In this document: piece by piece, positions 13,081-31,517 of the stretch
Layout: every line of letters starts with the position of its first letter
Numbering within the stretch: the stretch's first letter is position 1
DNA from: Salpingoeca rosetta
Taxonomy: Eukaryota > Protista > Choanoflagellata
NCBI GenBank assembly: GCA_033442325.1
Contig: JAWQFM010000001.1
Coordinates: 2,649,238 to 2,713,237 of the forward strand
Reading direction: 5' to 3'
DNA: 64,000 nucleotides
The notes under the pieces: generated by a model
Told to the model about the DNA's origin: nothing
Database searches by the model: none
Seen by the model: only the letters and a program-made list of their open reading frames with translations
Translations under genes and position numbers: made by a program

Positions 13081-14592
13081 ACAGAAGAGCGGCACGTGCG
13101 CGACATTCGCGGGCTGCGACGCCGGGCGGAAGTGCGCGAGGCAACAGACGCATACACGCGCGGCAACTTTGAAATTGACGAGGAATTGCAGGAAATTGCA
13201 TTGTGTGGCTCCATTCGCGACAAGCGGCGCGAGCTTGAGTCTGTTGATGGCGCAGAGCGACACATGAGTGGCAAAGGCGTTGGCACTGGTGGCAGCACAA
13301 CCACCACCGTGCACTTTGCACCGTCATCGCTGCGCCGGCAGCAAACACAGGAGAGCGGGCGTGCAAAGGAGACGCGCACAACAACGACAACGTACTACGG
13401 CGGGGGCCTGGCGAGCAGCCAACGGCGGGTAGAGACGGTGACCACAACAGAGGAGGAACCGAACATCGACCACGTGCGCGTGCGCATTTTGGAGGAAGAG
13501 AACGCAGACCTGAAGCAGCAGCTGGCGACGCTGCGTGATGAGAAGCGAGCGGCGGAGGAGGAGTGCTTGCAGATGTGCGCAGAGCGCGATGACGCGAAAC
13601 GCGAGCGCACGACGTACGAAGCGCACTTTGACGCCATGCAATCCGACTGCAATGCGCAGAAGGACCTGGTGGCGCAGCTGTCCCGCGAGCTGGAGGAGGC
13701 CAAGGAGGAGCTTGCAGCCAAGACGCGCGCCCTCAAGGAGCAGAAGGAGAGGCACGTCGACGTGGCAGACCAGCTTGAGAAGGCGGGCATGCTGAGCGAG
13801 GAGTTTCAGGCGGAACTGCAGCGCTGCCGGGAAGAGAACCAGAAGCTGCGGAAGGACAACGTGGCGCTGGCGCAGCGGGAGGAGGCGACAACGGCAGCAC
13901 ATGCGCAGCTTGAGAGCGAGCTTGAGGACGTGTCTGCACGGCTGGCGGCGGCGCAGGAGGAGGTGCAGGCGAAGAAGGAGACGATCAGAGAGCTCCGTGG
14001 TGCGAACATCTCGCTTGAACAGCAGACGGAGCGGCAGACGCGCAAGATTGAGTCGCTGCGCAACGAGCTTGAGCTTGCGGCCGTCTCGCACGACACGCTA
14101 CGTCAACAGGTGAAGGATGAGCGAGGTGCGGTGAAGAAGCTGCGGGGCGAGGCGCACGGCACGGCACAGCAGCTGGGGCAGGTGCAGGATGAGCTGGACA
14201 AGGTGCGGGTTGAGCGCGACTCGCTCCGGGCGTCGCTCACCGATGCGGACGAGAACGGGCAGCGGCTGCAGGCGCAGGTTGAGGCGTTTAGGGCGAAGCT
14301 TGAGGCCATGGTGAAGCGTGTGGAGGGATACAAGAAGCAGCGCGCGCTGTTCCTGAAGGAGCAGCAGCAGTTGCTGAAGATTCTTGCTGCGGTGCATTCG
14401 CTTGTCGACGCTGCTGGGGCGCACGCGAGCAAGTGCCAGGCGCGCGGGTTCTTTGCGCTCAAGTCCCGCAAGTTGCACGAGGACCTGCAGCGGGTGATGG
14501 ACAGCTTGATGGATCACATTATCGAATCGTCTTCCAAGCTCAGCTCGCGCAAGGACATTCTGCAGCAGCTCAAGGAGATGCAGCTCTTCTAA
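9926..14592 (+). CDS. Divergent kinesin-like protein with a degenerate motor domain, disordered middle and long coiled coil; 4 exons (about 9926-10049, 10253-10480, 10758-12601, 13085-14592)
   Basis: Kinesin-order segments KIQVVCRL, YQLTRVFG, FMDGFNASTIAFG, GCVYYAIEQIH, IVQGRVVDML, CHLVLRF and LTFVHAAG. The last exon is a heptad-rich E/K/Q/L coiled coil. GT-AG junctions keep frame. Confidence 0.75.
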
Positions 14593-15270
14593 CCGACCCG
14601 TGTGTTTGTGTGTCTGTCTGTGTTTGTGTGTCTGTGTGCCTGTGTGCCTGTTTATGTGTGACCAGAAAGCCTGATGGGCCGTTGATTGAACGTGTGCATT
14701 TTGTTTGCTGTTGTGCTTTACTTCGTTGCACCCACCACCATTCCTGGCGCTATTGGGCAATTAGGCGCCATGCATGCCTCTTTACTTTGTCTTCCCTCTT
14801 TACTTTGTGTTCCCTGCCTGTTTTTGTCGCTTGCGTGATTTGGTTTCATCATGATGTGCTGCTGTTTATATTGCATCGACTGCCCGCTGTTTGTTGCTTC
14901 CGTTGTTCCGTTTTGTGAGAGGGCGGTGCTGTTTCATGACGACGTGGCTTTGTGTGATTTGAACGACAAATACAACAATACCGCAAGCAACTCATCCCCT
15001 CTGTGTGTGTGTGTGTGTGTCTGTGTCTGTGTCTGTGTCTGTGTGTGTGTCTGTGTCTGTGTGTGTGTCTGTGTAAGTATCTGTGTGTGTGTCTGTGTGT
15101 CTGTGTGTCTGGTCGGTTGTCCGGCTTGGAAGCAGGTGTTGCGTTTAACGGTGGGTACGTTGGACGTTGAAAGCGCGGGAGGGGGGCAGAAACAGAAGGA
15201 GAGGGGATGGAGTGGCGACAAGGAACAGAAGGTGGACACTAAGTTGTGGCCGTCACATTGCGAGCAAAAC

Positions 15271-15444
<174 letters not shown>

Positions 15445-15492
15445 GCATGTGGGGAAGGGGTGAAGGGGGTAATGGAAGGCGTTTCCGTTTCC

Positions 15493-16362
15493 TCACTTGG
15501 GAAGGAGGGTGGAGTCCTTGCTTCCAAAGTCCTGTAAATGTGTGTGTATGTGTATGTGTGTTGGTGAACGTCGCGATGCTTTTCACGTCGTGGGGACTAT
15601 GTATTCATGACAGACACGCACACACGCACACGCACACACACACACGCACACTCACTCACGTATAACACGCACGCACACACATGCATACGTACATACACAA
15701 ACCCATGGTACATGTACCTTGTGGGACTCAGTGCCGCCACGACCGTAGCCCTGGGCACCAAAGAGGGCCTGGTAGCAAGGCTTCTCGCAGTACGGCTTGC
15801 CCTCGTGCTGCAACGTGGTGAAGTTGGTGTGGGCAGCAAACATGGTCGTAAGTGGGCGGCACCTTGAAACTGAGCGGAGCACAGCACCCACACAAAGAGA
15901 TTTAATTTACCCTCACACTTCCACACACACACACACACACACAGACACAGACATAGACACACACACACACACATACACATACACACAGACACAGACATAG
16001 ACACACACACACACATACACATACACACAGACACAGACATAGACACACACACACACACTCACTCACAAACAAACACACACACACAAACACACACACAGTC
16101 AAAGATACACACACACACAAACACGCACGCAGCCAAAGATACGCACCTCAAGGAAGCTGCCATTGGCAAGAGTGCGGTTGCACTTGGTGCACTTCAGGCA
16201 TGGCCTGTATGTACAGTCACATCATCGTGTATGAGACAATCCCCAAACAGCAGCAGCGCACAGCTTGTGAGCGAGCGAATCTGTGTCAAAGGCCCCTCTC
16301 TCCTTACTGTGTCTGCGAACTTACTTGTGCCAGTCCTTTCCGAGCGCGGTCACTCGCTCCGC
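15493..16362 (-). CDS. CRIP1: CRIP-family single-LIM protein, 5' exon missing; exons 16362-16325, 16204-16147, 15807-15718 and probably 15531-15493
   Basis: Spliced translation [62 protein letters not shown]([12 protein letters not shown]) matches the CRIP LIM domain plus Gly-rich tail. The N-terminal M-x-x-CxxC..VYF segment was not found. Confidence 0.85.
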
Positions 16363-19365
<3,003 letters not shown>

Positions 19366-19568
19366 CTTCGTGCGTTGTTTTGCTGCTGCTGGTTGCGTAT
19401 GTGGTCTTGTGTGTGCCACAATATTTTTATCTGTCGTGTGTCGCGGTCGTGTGGCTGTGCTTGGGTGCTTGTTGCCTGCACGCAACAAGCCACACACCCA
19501 CATATCACCACACCCACATCAAAGCCGGACCACAGCACGAGACAAGCCCCAACGGCCTAGCACCGAGC

Positions 19569-20340
19569 ATGGCCGCTGACTCTGGCGGCAATGGCGGGGG
19601 TGGCGGTTGTGGCGGTTGTGGCGGTGGCCGCTGTCGCAAAGCGCCCTCAAAGCCACCACTCATCAACATGAATGCTGTCTTCTTCATGGTTGTTGGTGCT
19701 GTCGCTGGCATAGTGCTGGCCTGTCCTTGTCACGTCTTTCCAGGAGCTGCAGCCGCAGCCGCAACCACCTCAGCGACGACAACGCTGGTCATGTCTGCTG
19801 GCTGGAGTGGGCATGTGCTTCCTCCCGAGTCGCGCGATGAGGGCGAGGGTCGTCCTTCCTTGGTGCTGTCCTCTCGCCAGCCGGCAGGCGACATCGTGTT
19901 TGGGCGGGTGCTGCCATCCTCGCCAAGCGACCCGTTCCTGGCGGCCTTTGGCATTCAGGAGTATCTCACTGCCATGCGGCGGCTGAAGCCAGCCTGCGTG
20001 CTGGCAGTACATCCTCTTGACGCTCGTGCAGCAAGCCAGCAGCCTCTTTTTTCGCCGCTGCAGCGTCTGCCGTGCACTACGTTCTCCGCCACCGTGAACG
20101 ATACCCTCCGTGTGTACACGCGCACCCAGGACGGTGTCACCCTTCATGTGTTCTCCGTCGCACCTTCGGACTGTTCCGGTGAGCTGCAACGAACGCGCCA
20201 ACGAGATGAAACGCTCCCCTTTGCTCGCTTGCTTCTTGCTTGGCTGCTTGGCTGATTGGCTGTCTCAGCGACCACCTTCCGAGCTTGTTGCGCGCCTCAT
20301 GCTGTGCACTTCCCACAGCATATCTCTCTCTCTCTCACAC

Positions 20341-20427
<87 letters not shown>

Positions 20428-22674
20428 CACACACACACACACGCACACACGCACACACGCACGCACACACACACACACGCACGCACGGAAACCCCTGCTT
20501 CCTGTAATGTTTGCCTGCAGGCATTGAGAGCTCCACAACGTCCGCCTGTCTTCGGGTCGCGGCTGACAAGGTGCCTGTCTTGCTTGTTTGCTTGCTGACA
20601 TGTCTGTGGGCCCTGTGCTAGGAGACAGCATGCGGCTGTTCCCAGACGCAGTCAGAACTGCACGCTCCATGCATGCACCCAGTGGCACGCCTTCTTCTTC
20701 GCTCACCTGGGTCCTCTCGCCTGCGCACGGCATGCTTGCTTGTTTCGTGATGGCAGCTGCTTCAAGCCGGCGCCGAGGCGAGCGCCACAAGCAGTGACGG
20801 CGTCAACGTTCTTCTGTCTTACTTCCCCCCGTCCATCACCGCCCAGCTGATGGAGAGCGTACAGGCGTCAATGACGTTTGCGGCGGCTGTGTCGCGTGAC
20901 ACCTCAACACGGGCGCCCACTTCCCAGCAACCTCTTACATTTGCCGGTGATGTCACACACGCAGTGTGGCTACCAGACACAGCCGAGCTGACACTCACGC
21001 TCGCCGTCACAGGGAATAATGCTTCAAATGGCATCGTCCTCAGCTGGTCGCGGTCGCCCTATAAGCCGCCTGCCTGCCCCACGTCGGCATCGTCCAGTGA
21101 CGCTGCTGATGCTGCGCTGTGCGACGTCATCGCCGAGGAGACACAGCGATACGGGCCCGGCATCGATGCGCAGCTCAACTCATCCACCCGTACCTTCCCA
21201 GCACCGGCGTGGCCAGAGGCGACTTGCGGGTAAGAGCGGTGCAGTGGCGTGCCAAGTGCAAGCTAGGCTACCTTGTCGCTTACTCGCTTGCCTTGACGGT
21301 GACAATCAAGCATAACATAGTCCAGACTTGCAGAGCATCGCGTGTGACAATGCTCAGACACAACCACACAGACAGACAGACACGCACAGACACACACACA
21401 CACACACAGACGCACAGGCGCACACACGCACGCGCGCGCACAGACACACATACACACACAGACACACACACACACATGCATACGTTCATGGACAGACGAG
21501 CCCAACAGACAATTATTGAACCGACTGCTATATTGTGCATATCTTGCCTCTCTCACTCGTACCCTTACATGTGCACTGGTGCGATGTTTCTCCCCTGCAC
21601 CATCTTCCCTGCCAGCTTTTATGGCTGCCAGACATCGCGCTTGCTTGGCCGCGCCCTGAGCACTCTCCTCGGTTGCGACATTGCAATTCTGCCAGCAACT
21701 GCAACATTCCTTCAGCTGGGTATGCTCCAGGGCACAGTACACCTTCAGGACTTGCAACAAGCGCTGCAGCACCACCGCATCGCCGTGGCCTGGCTGAGCG
21801 AACTTCAACTCGTGCGGCTCGCCAGCGTCGCGCTGTTCACCGATGCCCTCACCTTTCCCGGCATGGCCATCGCCACGACCGCGCAGGGCGAGCGTATCAT
21901 CGACGTGGCGTTTGCCGGGCGCGCGTCGTCCACGGGCTTTACCGCCGTGCACCGCGTGTGCGTTCCACACAACACGCTTACCACGACAGTGCGGTCGCAT
22001 GTTGACCAGACCCCAATAGCCATTCCAGCGGACACCACGCTCGGCGAAGGTGCGTGTGTGTGTGCTGCGCAGGACAAGATGCCATGATGACATAGAGATG
22101 TGGTTACATTAGGGAGATGCTCATGTCGTGATGAGTGTGAAGTGAATGAGTGAATGAAAGATGAGTGCAGGCGACGACAGGCTACTTTCTCCTTCGAATG
22201 AATGTGCTTGGTTTTTCTTGGACTCACGCGAAAAGACTGCATTTTTGGCTTTTCCAGTGGTCTTTGCGTTTCTGCGCGGTGTGAATGCCACAGAGCCTCT
22301 GACGTCGGCACCCGAAACAAGCGCGGTTGATCGGCCAACGAGCGCCAACAGCCGCGTCTGCGCATATGTCCACAAGTGGACGGCACAGGCAGCCACCATC
22401 CACGACACATGCACAGGATCTCAGGCGCTGACGTATTGGGAATGGCACATCACTCCACCCGGCCCAGCTGCAAGCGTGCAAGTGGCGTTTGCAGGGGCAC
22501 AGCTTGACCCGGGCACCCTCTTCTCCATGACCACGCCTCGATGGCCAGTTCCCCTCCACGGTTGCAGGCCCACTGTCTCCGTCTCATTATCGCACAACAT
22601 CAGGCGACATCCTCCCCGTCACCCTCAAGCTCCTCTCCAAGGTGTGTGCGTGTGTGCGTGTGTGCGTGTGTGTG

Positions 22675-22716
<42 letters not shown>

Positions 22717-25700
22717 TGGTGTGTGTTGACACTGTAACTGTAGACAGGGTTACGACCGCTCGCGCCAGGTTGGCCTGGGCGCTTAGTCATCTATCGTCGT
22801 ACAGTGAAAACGACAGCTTAGGCCTTTTACTCCCCGGTTCATCCTAGACCGAGCCATGTGTCTTGCGATTTGACGGGCCAGAGCGTAAGCGTGCAGGTAA
22901 GGACGAACGAGAGGCCAGGTGTGTGTGTGTGTGTGTGTGTGTGTGCATGTGTGCGTGTGTGCGTGTGTGCGTGTGTGTGGGAGGTTGTGATAGGGTAGAA
23001 GTGCCAGCCCCATGAACGATGACGACTGCACATCACTGCACAACATGTCACACCGCCACACTGATAATCACTCAACATGCCTGCCTCACCACTTGCAGGA
23101 CCTGCGCGTGTCGCTGCTGGCGCTGGGTGATCCTGGCCTCCTTCCTGTCACCATCACGTACACGTCCTCTCCCCTCTGCCCCGCCGGGTTTGAGTCTGCC
23201 ATCAACGCGACGGAGACGTGCGTGAGGTGTTCACCAGGAACATTTCGGGCATCGGCCACGGAGGAGACCAACACATGCGCTCCGTGCGCGCCCGGAACAC
23301 ACGCGCCAGAGCCAGGCGCCACCACATGCAATCCCTGCCCACCTGGTACGTTGTTACCTGCCTCTATGCGCGGCGACATCACACACACACACACATATCT
23401 GCAAGCGTCCACGCGCACGCAATTACAAACACGCACACACACACACACACACTTGCACACACACATTCACACACACTTGCACACACACTTGCACACACAC
23501 ATTCACACACACGCACATCCACGTACACACACACATATGCACACACACACATTCACATACACACATTCACAAACATACACACATACACACACACACATAC
23601 ACGCGCTCATCAACACATTTCCCCTTCTGACATTGCAGGGTTTGCTGTCCAAGAGGCCGGCGCGGAAGTGTGCAAACCGTGCAGCGTTGGCACGTATGCA
23701 GAGACGCCAGGCCACGCCAAGTGTCTGCCTTGTCCGCCCGGCTCGAGCCAGGCGCTGATAGGGCAGCCAACATGCACGCCATGCGAACGCGGATTTGCTG
23801 CCGCAACTCCCGGTCTCATCACCTGCACACCATGTCCACCAGGCACTCATGCAGCAAGCAAGGGCACGGTCACGTGTGCGCCGTGTGCGCCCGGAACTTT
23901 CGCTGCAACATCTGCGCTGGCTGCGTGCACTCCATGTCGGGTATGTGGAACAGAGAAACGGCTGGCTCAGCTCGAGCAAACACATCTTCTCAGATACAAT
24001 CGTGCATCCAGATACACACACGCCCACACATACGCCCACACATACAAAAGCACACGCACACACATGCACACACACGCCCACCGTATGCATTCATGACTCA
24101 TTCCCACTCCACACCTCCGCTCCAATCCGATTCGTGTTTTTTCCCCTGCAGGGGCCGGATGTGGCACTTGATTTCGTCGGCGAGTTCACCAATGAGACTG
24201 GCAGCGCCGTGTGTCGTGTTGCCTCCGCCCGCGGGTTTGGGCGCACTGATTTCAACACGTGCACAACAACGGAAAACGCGTGCGAGTGTTTGCCTGGGCG
24301 CCTGCCACCAGACTGCAAACTGCCACCCATCTACCTCGACTACGACAACGGCGTGGCCATCTTGCTGGTCACGTTCAACTGCATTGCACTGACCATCACC
24401 ATCGCTGTTGCCGTGCTGTTTATCCGGTGGCGCAACCACGTCGTTGTCAAGGGCACGTCGCTTGTGTTCTGCCTGCTCATCCTCCTTGGCATTGCCATTG
24501 GGCTGTGCACCGTGTTTGTGCTGGTGGGCGAGCTCTCCGACACGCGGTGCACGCTGTACGCCTGGCTCAACGCCATGTCCTTTGCCTTCATCATGAGCAA
24601 TCTCCTGGTCAAGACATGGCGCATCTACAAGATCTTCTTCTCATCCCTGAGTGAACAGCAGCAGCTCGACCTCTCCGAGACGCGCATGATTGTGCGCGGG
24701 CTGACATATGTGGCCGTGCAGGCCATCGTGTTGGGTGTCGTCACCTTGCTCTACCCGATTCGCACGGAGGTTGACCTGATTGAGAACGACCCCTTTGCTG
24801 AGCGCCGCCTGGTGTGTGGCGATGGCTTGGAGGTGTCCATCACCACGCTCCTGTGCAACCTGCTCTACCTGGGCATTGGGTTCTCCTTGCTGTACAAGAC
24901 GCGGCAGGTGCGCACAGACCAGTTTGGCGAGAGCGCGTTTGTGATTCTCGTGCTGCTCTTCTCCGGCGTGATTGTTCCGGGCGTGGCGCTGACGCTGGGC
25001 ATGACGGGGCGCGCTCGCCTCCTCTTCAACATCATCTCCACGGGCATGACATCCGTGCTCGCACTCGGCACCATTTTCTTCCCCAAGGTGTACGGCGTTG
25101 TCTTCAATGAGTCGTTCGCGGGCGACGAGTTCCTCACTGATGAGACTGCTGTCAACACGCTGGATGGCGGGTTCTTTGACGGCACCGGTGGTTTCCGTCG
25201 GGAAAGCATGTACCCGTCTCGGCGTGGCAGCCTGCTACCCTCTCGTCGCGAGAGCATGTACCCAGCCCGCAGCCCACGGCACTCCGTCTACTCCAACCGC
25301 AGCAACCGCAGCAGTGCTCGCAAGAGTGACTTTGAGCTTGCCTTCTTGCTGGAGGATGCGGCAACCGCAAATGGCGGTGGCGGCGGTAACAGACGTGCAG
25401 GCCCCACGCTGACGGTGGATGATGCACATATTGGATGGAAAGGGCAGCACAGTCACAGTCGCAGCGCACGCCCACCGATTGTGCTGAGCGTGGGCTCCAG
25501 CCAGGAAGAGGACAGCGACAGCAGCGATAACGAGCGCGTGCTCACAGTGCCGTGCAATTCCACGTCGAAACCGCAGAATGGCGGTGGTGGCGGTGGTGCT
25601 GGTGCCCACTTTATGGTTCGTGTCTTTGATGAGGATGAAGATGTTGAAGACGGAAGTGGTGCTGGCGCCTGCAGTGGCGGTACAACCAAGCCTGAAGTGA

Positions 25701-28525
25701 GAATTGAGAATGGTGGTGGTGGTGCAGATGATAGTGACGACGATGACGGTGACGGTGACAGTGATGATGTGCAGCCCAAGACGGACAAGAACAAGCAGCC
25801 AGAACGCCAGGATGCCGCTGCCGAAATCGCTGTTCATGATGGCGACGAGGAAGCAGACACGAGAGGGAGCTGTCACGCTGCGCAAGCTGGTGGTGCTGGG
25901 CTGGGACGGAAAGGCGTGACCAGAGGGAGCGAAGCAGAGCGCCCACAGAGCTCCGACGATGATGCGAGTACGCGCAGCGAACCCCAGCATGGTAGTGGCG
26001 GCGAGGACGGCCAGTTGCCCAAACATGGTGGACAACAGGGCCGAAGACGACGAAGGAGAACAAACAGAAGCGAGCGGCGTGGCGGAAACAGACGCAAAGG
26101 AGCGAGGACGAGCGCCGACTCATCCATCTCGTCCTCTCCGCCATCGTCGTCGTCACTTCTTCCCACCGGTGACAGCGAGACTGAAACGCGTGGCGCAAGT
26201 AGTGAACGCGATCAGCAAACGCAGCACCGGCAGGAGCGTCGGCGTCATAAAGGCAATGGCGATGAAGGCCAAGGTGGTGGTGACGATGATGTGGATGCGG
26301 TGGAGCCAACTCGTTTGGTGGAAGTGCTTAGCGCAGGAGAAGCGCGGTACATTGAAGCGCTGCTGGTTCGCCAGGTGCAGGCGTTGGGGTCCGAGAAGGT
26401 GACGGCGTTGCTGTCGCGGCATGCGCAGAGGAATCGACACAACCACATGCGAGGACAGGCGTCTCTTCCGCTCTCTGCTGCACAGCGGCCGCGTGGCCCT
26501 GACGGCAGCCATCACCATCCCAACCGTGTGCGCTCCCTTCAGCACGAGGGTGGAGCGAGAGTTGCACTGGAGGACCTACAGCCGTCACGCGAAGACCACC
26601 AGCAGCAGCATCGTGTTGGTGGTCATGGGCAGCGCGACAGAGACTACGGGAGTGGCGATGACAGGAGGCGCCGTGACGCTGACTCTGGCAGCCATGTCAG
26701 CAGCAGCAACAGCGGTAGCAGCGTCAGCGCACGTGGTGGCAGTGGCCGCGTCGTGATTGGCGAACGGGCACGCAAGCTGGCGGCACGAATGAACGAGCAG
26801 GTGCGACAGCGGGCGATGACAACACCGAGTCGCCCGCGTGGAACAGCAAACGCAGCAGCTGCAACATCACCATCATCGTCGTCGACACGTCGTCGTGGCG
26901 GCGATGGCACCGGAGGCGGTGGCAGCAACCGCAACAGCGGTGGGTATGGTGGTGGACCGTCTGAGTACAAGGCCGTGTTCCGCTACACGAACAAGGTGAC
27001 GGGCTTTACCATCTATGCTGGGCAGACGCTGATTGCGTACGAGCCACCGAGGCAGCGGCTGGTGGTTGGTGTTGTCAAGGAGACGGGCGAGCGAGGCGCA
27101 GTGCCGCTAGCGTTTCTTGCGCACTTGACCACACCCCACAGCACCAAGCGGCAAACCTCTTCGCTTCGATCACAGGTGAGTTGCGACATTGCACTATGTA
27201 GCAAGGGGTGATGTTAATCGTGGCACTGTTGTGTAGTGATGGGGTTGCGTGTGTCAATTTGTGAGAGAGTGTGTGGTGTGTCTCAATTAATTTGTGAGAG
27301 AGTGTGTGATGTGGGTTTGTGTGTGTGTTGGGTGTTGTCCTTTGCGCGCACACTGCGGCACGTGTTGCACGCGCTCTTGCTCACGCGGAGAAACGCCCGT
27401 GCCAACTACACACACCGCACACATACACACACACATACACACACACGCACACAGAATTCGCGTGTGCACGACGACGCGGCGCCCCAAGGGAGTATCCACC
27501 GCACATCGCAGAGTCTGCGTGAGACGACATCGTCCATCACGGGCGCAGATGTGGGCGATCGGCCACTGGCGCGGTCACAGAGCGCCAAGTCTGCAGCAGA
27601 AGCGAAGCACAAGCCCAGGAAGAAGAGCAAAAAGCGCAGCGGGGACGCCCACGGCGAGCGTGGTCTTGGTGATGATGATAGCGACGATGATGACGAAGAT
27701 GACAGTGTGCAGCACACGCGCAGCGGCACGTTTTTGAAGACAGTGAAGCGGGCACTGCGCCGCAACCGCACCGGCAGCAACAGCAGGAGGACCGCGAGGA
27801 GTGACGGGGGCGGCGGCGGACGGGTTGTGCACCGCATGCAACAGCGATCCATGGACGCGAGTGCAACCGGCGCGCGCCGTCAGGCCCACGCGCAGATGGG
27901 GATGGCTGGCCAGATACGGTCACGATCGAACACAACAACAGCTGCGATGGCACCGCGCCGTGCACGCTCACAACAGTACCAACAGCACCGTCAGCAGATG
28001 GGCGGAGAAGGCAGCGGCGAGCAGAGGTCGCTGGCGATGAGGAACCAGTGGGGGTCGGCTGTCTCTCGGGCGCCAGCCATGTTTGGTGCTGTTCAATATC
28101 CACAAGACCACGCATGCGCATCGACGCAACGCAGCAGTGGTGGTGGTGGTGGTGGCGGTGGTGGTGGTGGTGGTGGTGATGGGAGTGAAGGCAGCGATAA
28201 TGTTGATGACAGCGATGATGGAGCATACACTGGCTTTACTGGGCTGCAGCAGTTTGCTGTTGGCAGTGGTGACGAAGGGCACATGAGCGCAAACGAGGCC
28301 CGCAAGACACGAACAACTGCTGCGGACGGCAGTGCTTGTGGTGGCGGTGTTGGCGGTGTTGGCGAGTGGATGATGACGGAGAGTGAAGCAGGTTGGTTGG
28401 CGCAGAAAGGATTCAAGCGGAACGCAGCGTTTGTCGGTGCAAACCAACGGCTTTCTGTGCGCGGGGAGCAGCTGGTGAGTGACGACGACGATGATGACTG
28501 GGATGAGTGCGAGAGTATGATTTAA
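19569..28525 (+). CDS. Class C (7tm_3) GPCR with a degenerate 5'-nucleotidase-like ectodomain, CUB-like segment, Cys-rich (GCC2/GCC3-type) repeats, long disordered tail and SH3-like module
   Basis: Signal-like [18 protein letters not shown] (ATG 19668; alternative ATG 19569). CxxCxPGT repeats at 23176-23940. The 7TM region (about 24345-25105) has class C hallmarks [37 protein letters not shown] and IFFPKVY. Large exon 24151-27175, last exon 27455-28525. One junction near 22550-22850 is unresolved. Confidence 0.85.
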
Positions 28526-28801
28526 TGACACACGTGTATTGTGGTGAGACGTTTTGTCGGGGTGTTGTGATATGCTACATGTTGTGGGTGTGAGGAGACG
28601 TGGTTTGTCCATGTTTGTGACGGTGTGAAGAGAAGCAATGTAGAATATCGTGCGCGCATCCCGTGTTCAGTGTATTTTTGGGGACGCGCTTCGGTTAGCT
28701 AGCTGTCTGTGTGTGTGTGTGTGTATGTATGTAAGTGTGTGTGTGTGTGTTTGTGTGTGGGGGTCGAGTGTTGGGTCGTTCTGTGTGTGTCTGTCTAGTG
28801 T

Positions 28802-28855
<54 letters not shown>

Positions 28856-29316
28856 CCTCCCTCCCTCTCTCTTCTCTTTGTCTGTCCGTCTGTCTGTCTC
28901 CCTCCCTCCCCCTCTCTTTGTCTGTCTGTCTGTCTGTCTCCCCCTCTCTGTTTATCCCTCCCACCGTTCTCTGTGTCCTCTGTGGTCCAAGCAGAGCGTG
29001 TGTTGCATGCGATGTGTACTGGTGTAACGACAACAAGATGGGCAACAACATCAGCACGCAATCGTTGCGGCAAGAAGGAATAAGACGCACGTGGGAAGCA
29101 CAGGCACTACTGCTAAACAGCGGCGAAGGGTGTGCGCACAAAGAAATCAAACTGTAAGCAAGCAGGAGGAGGAGCGGAGAAGAAACAGATGAAGAACAAG
29201 AAGAAGTGGTGATGTATCAATCATACTCATGAATTGACTTGGCACAGAAACCGTGAACGCACATGCGTGTGAACATGTGAATGCTGCGACAGCGGATGTT
29301 GTTGAAGGCGTGATCA

Positions 29317-31517
<2,201 letters not shown>

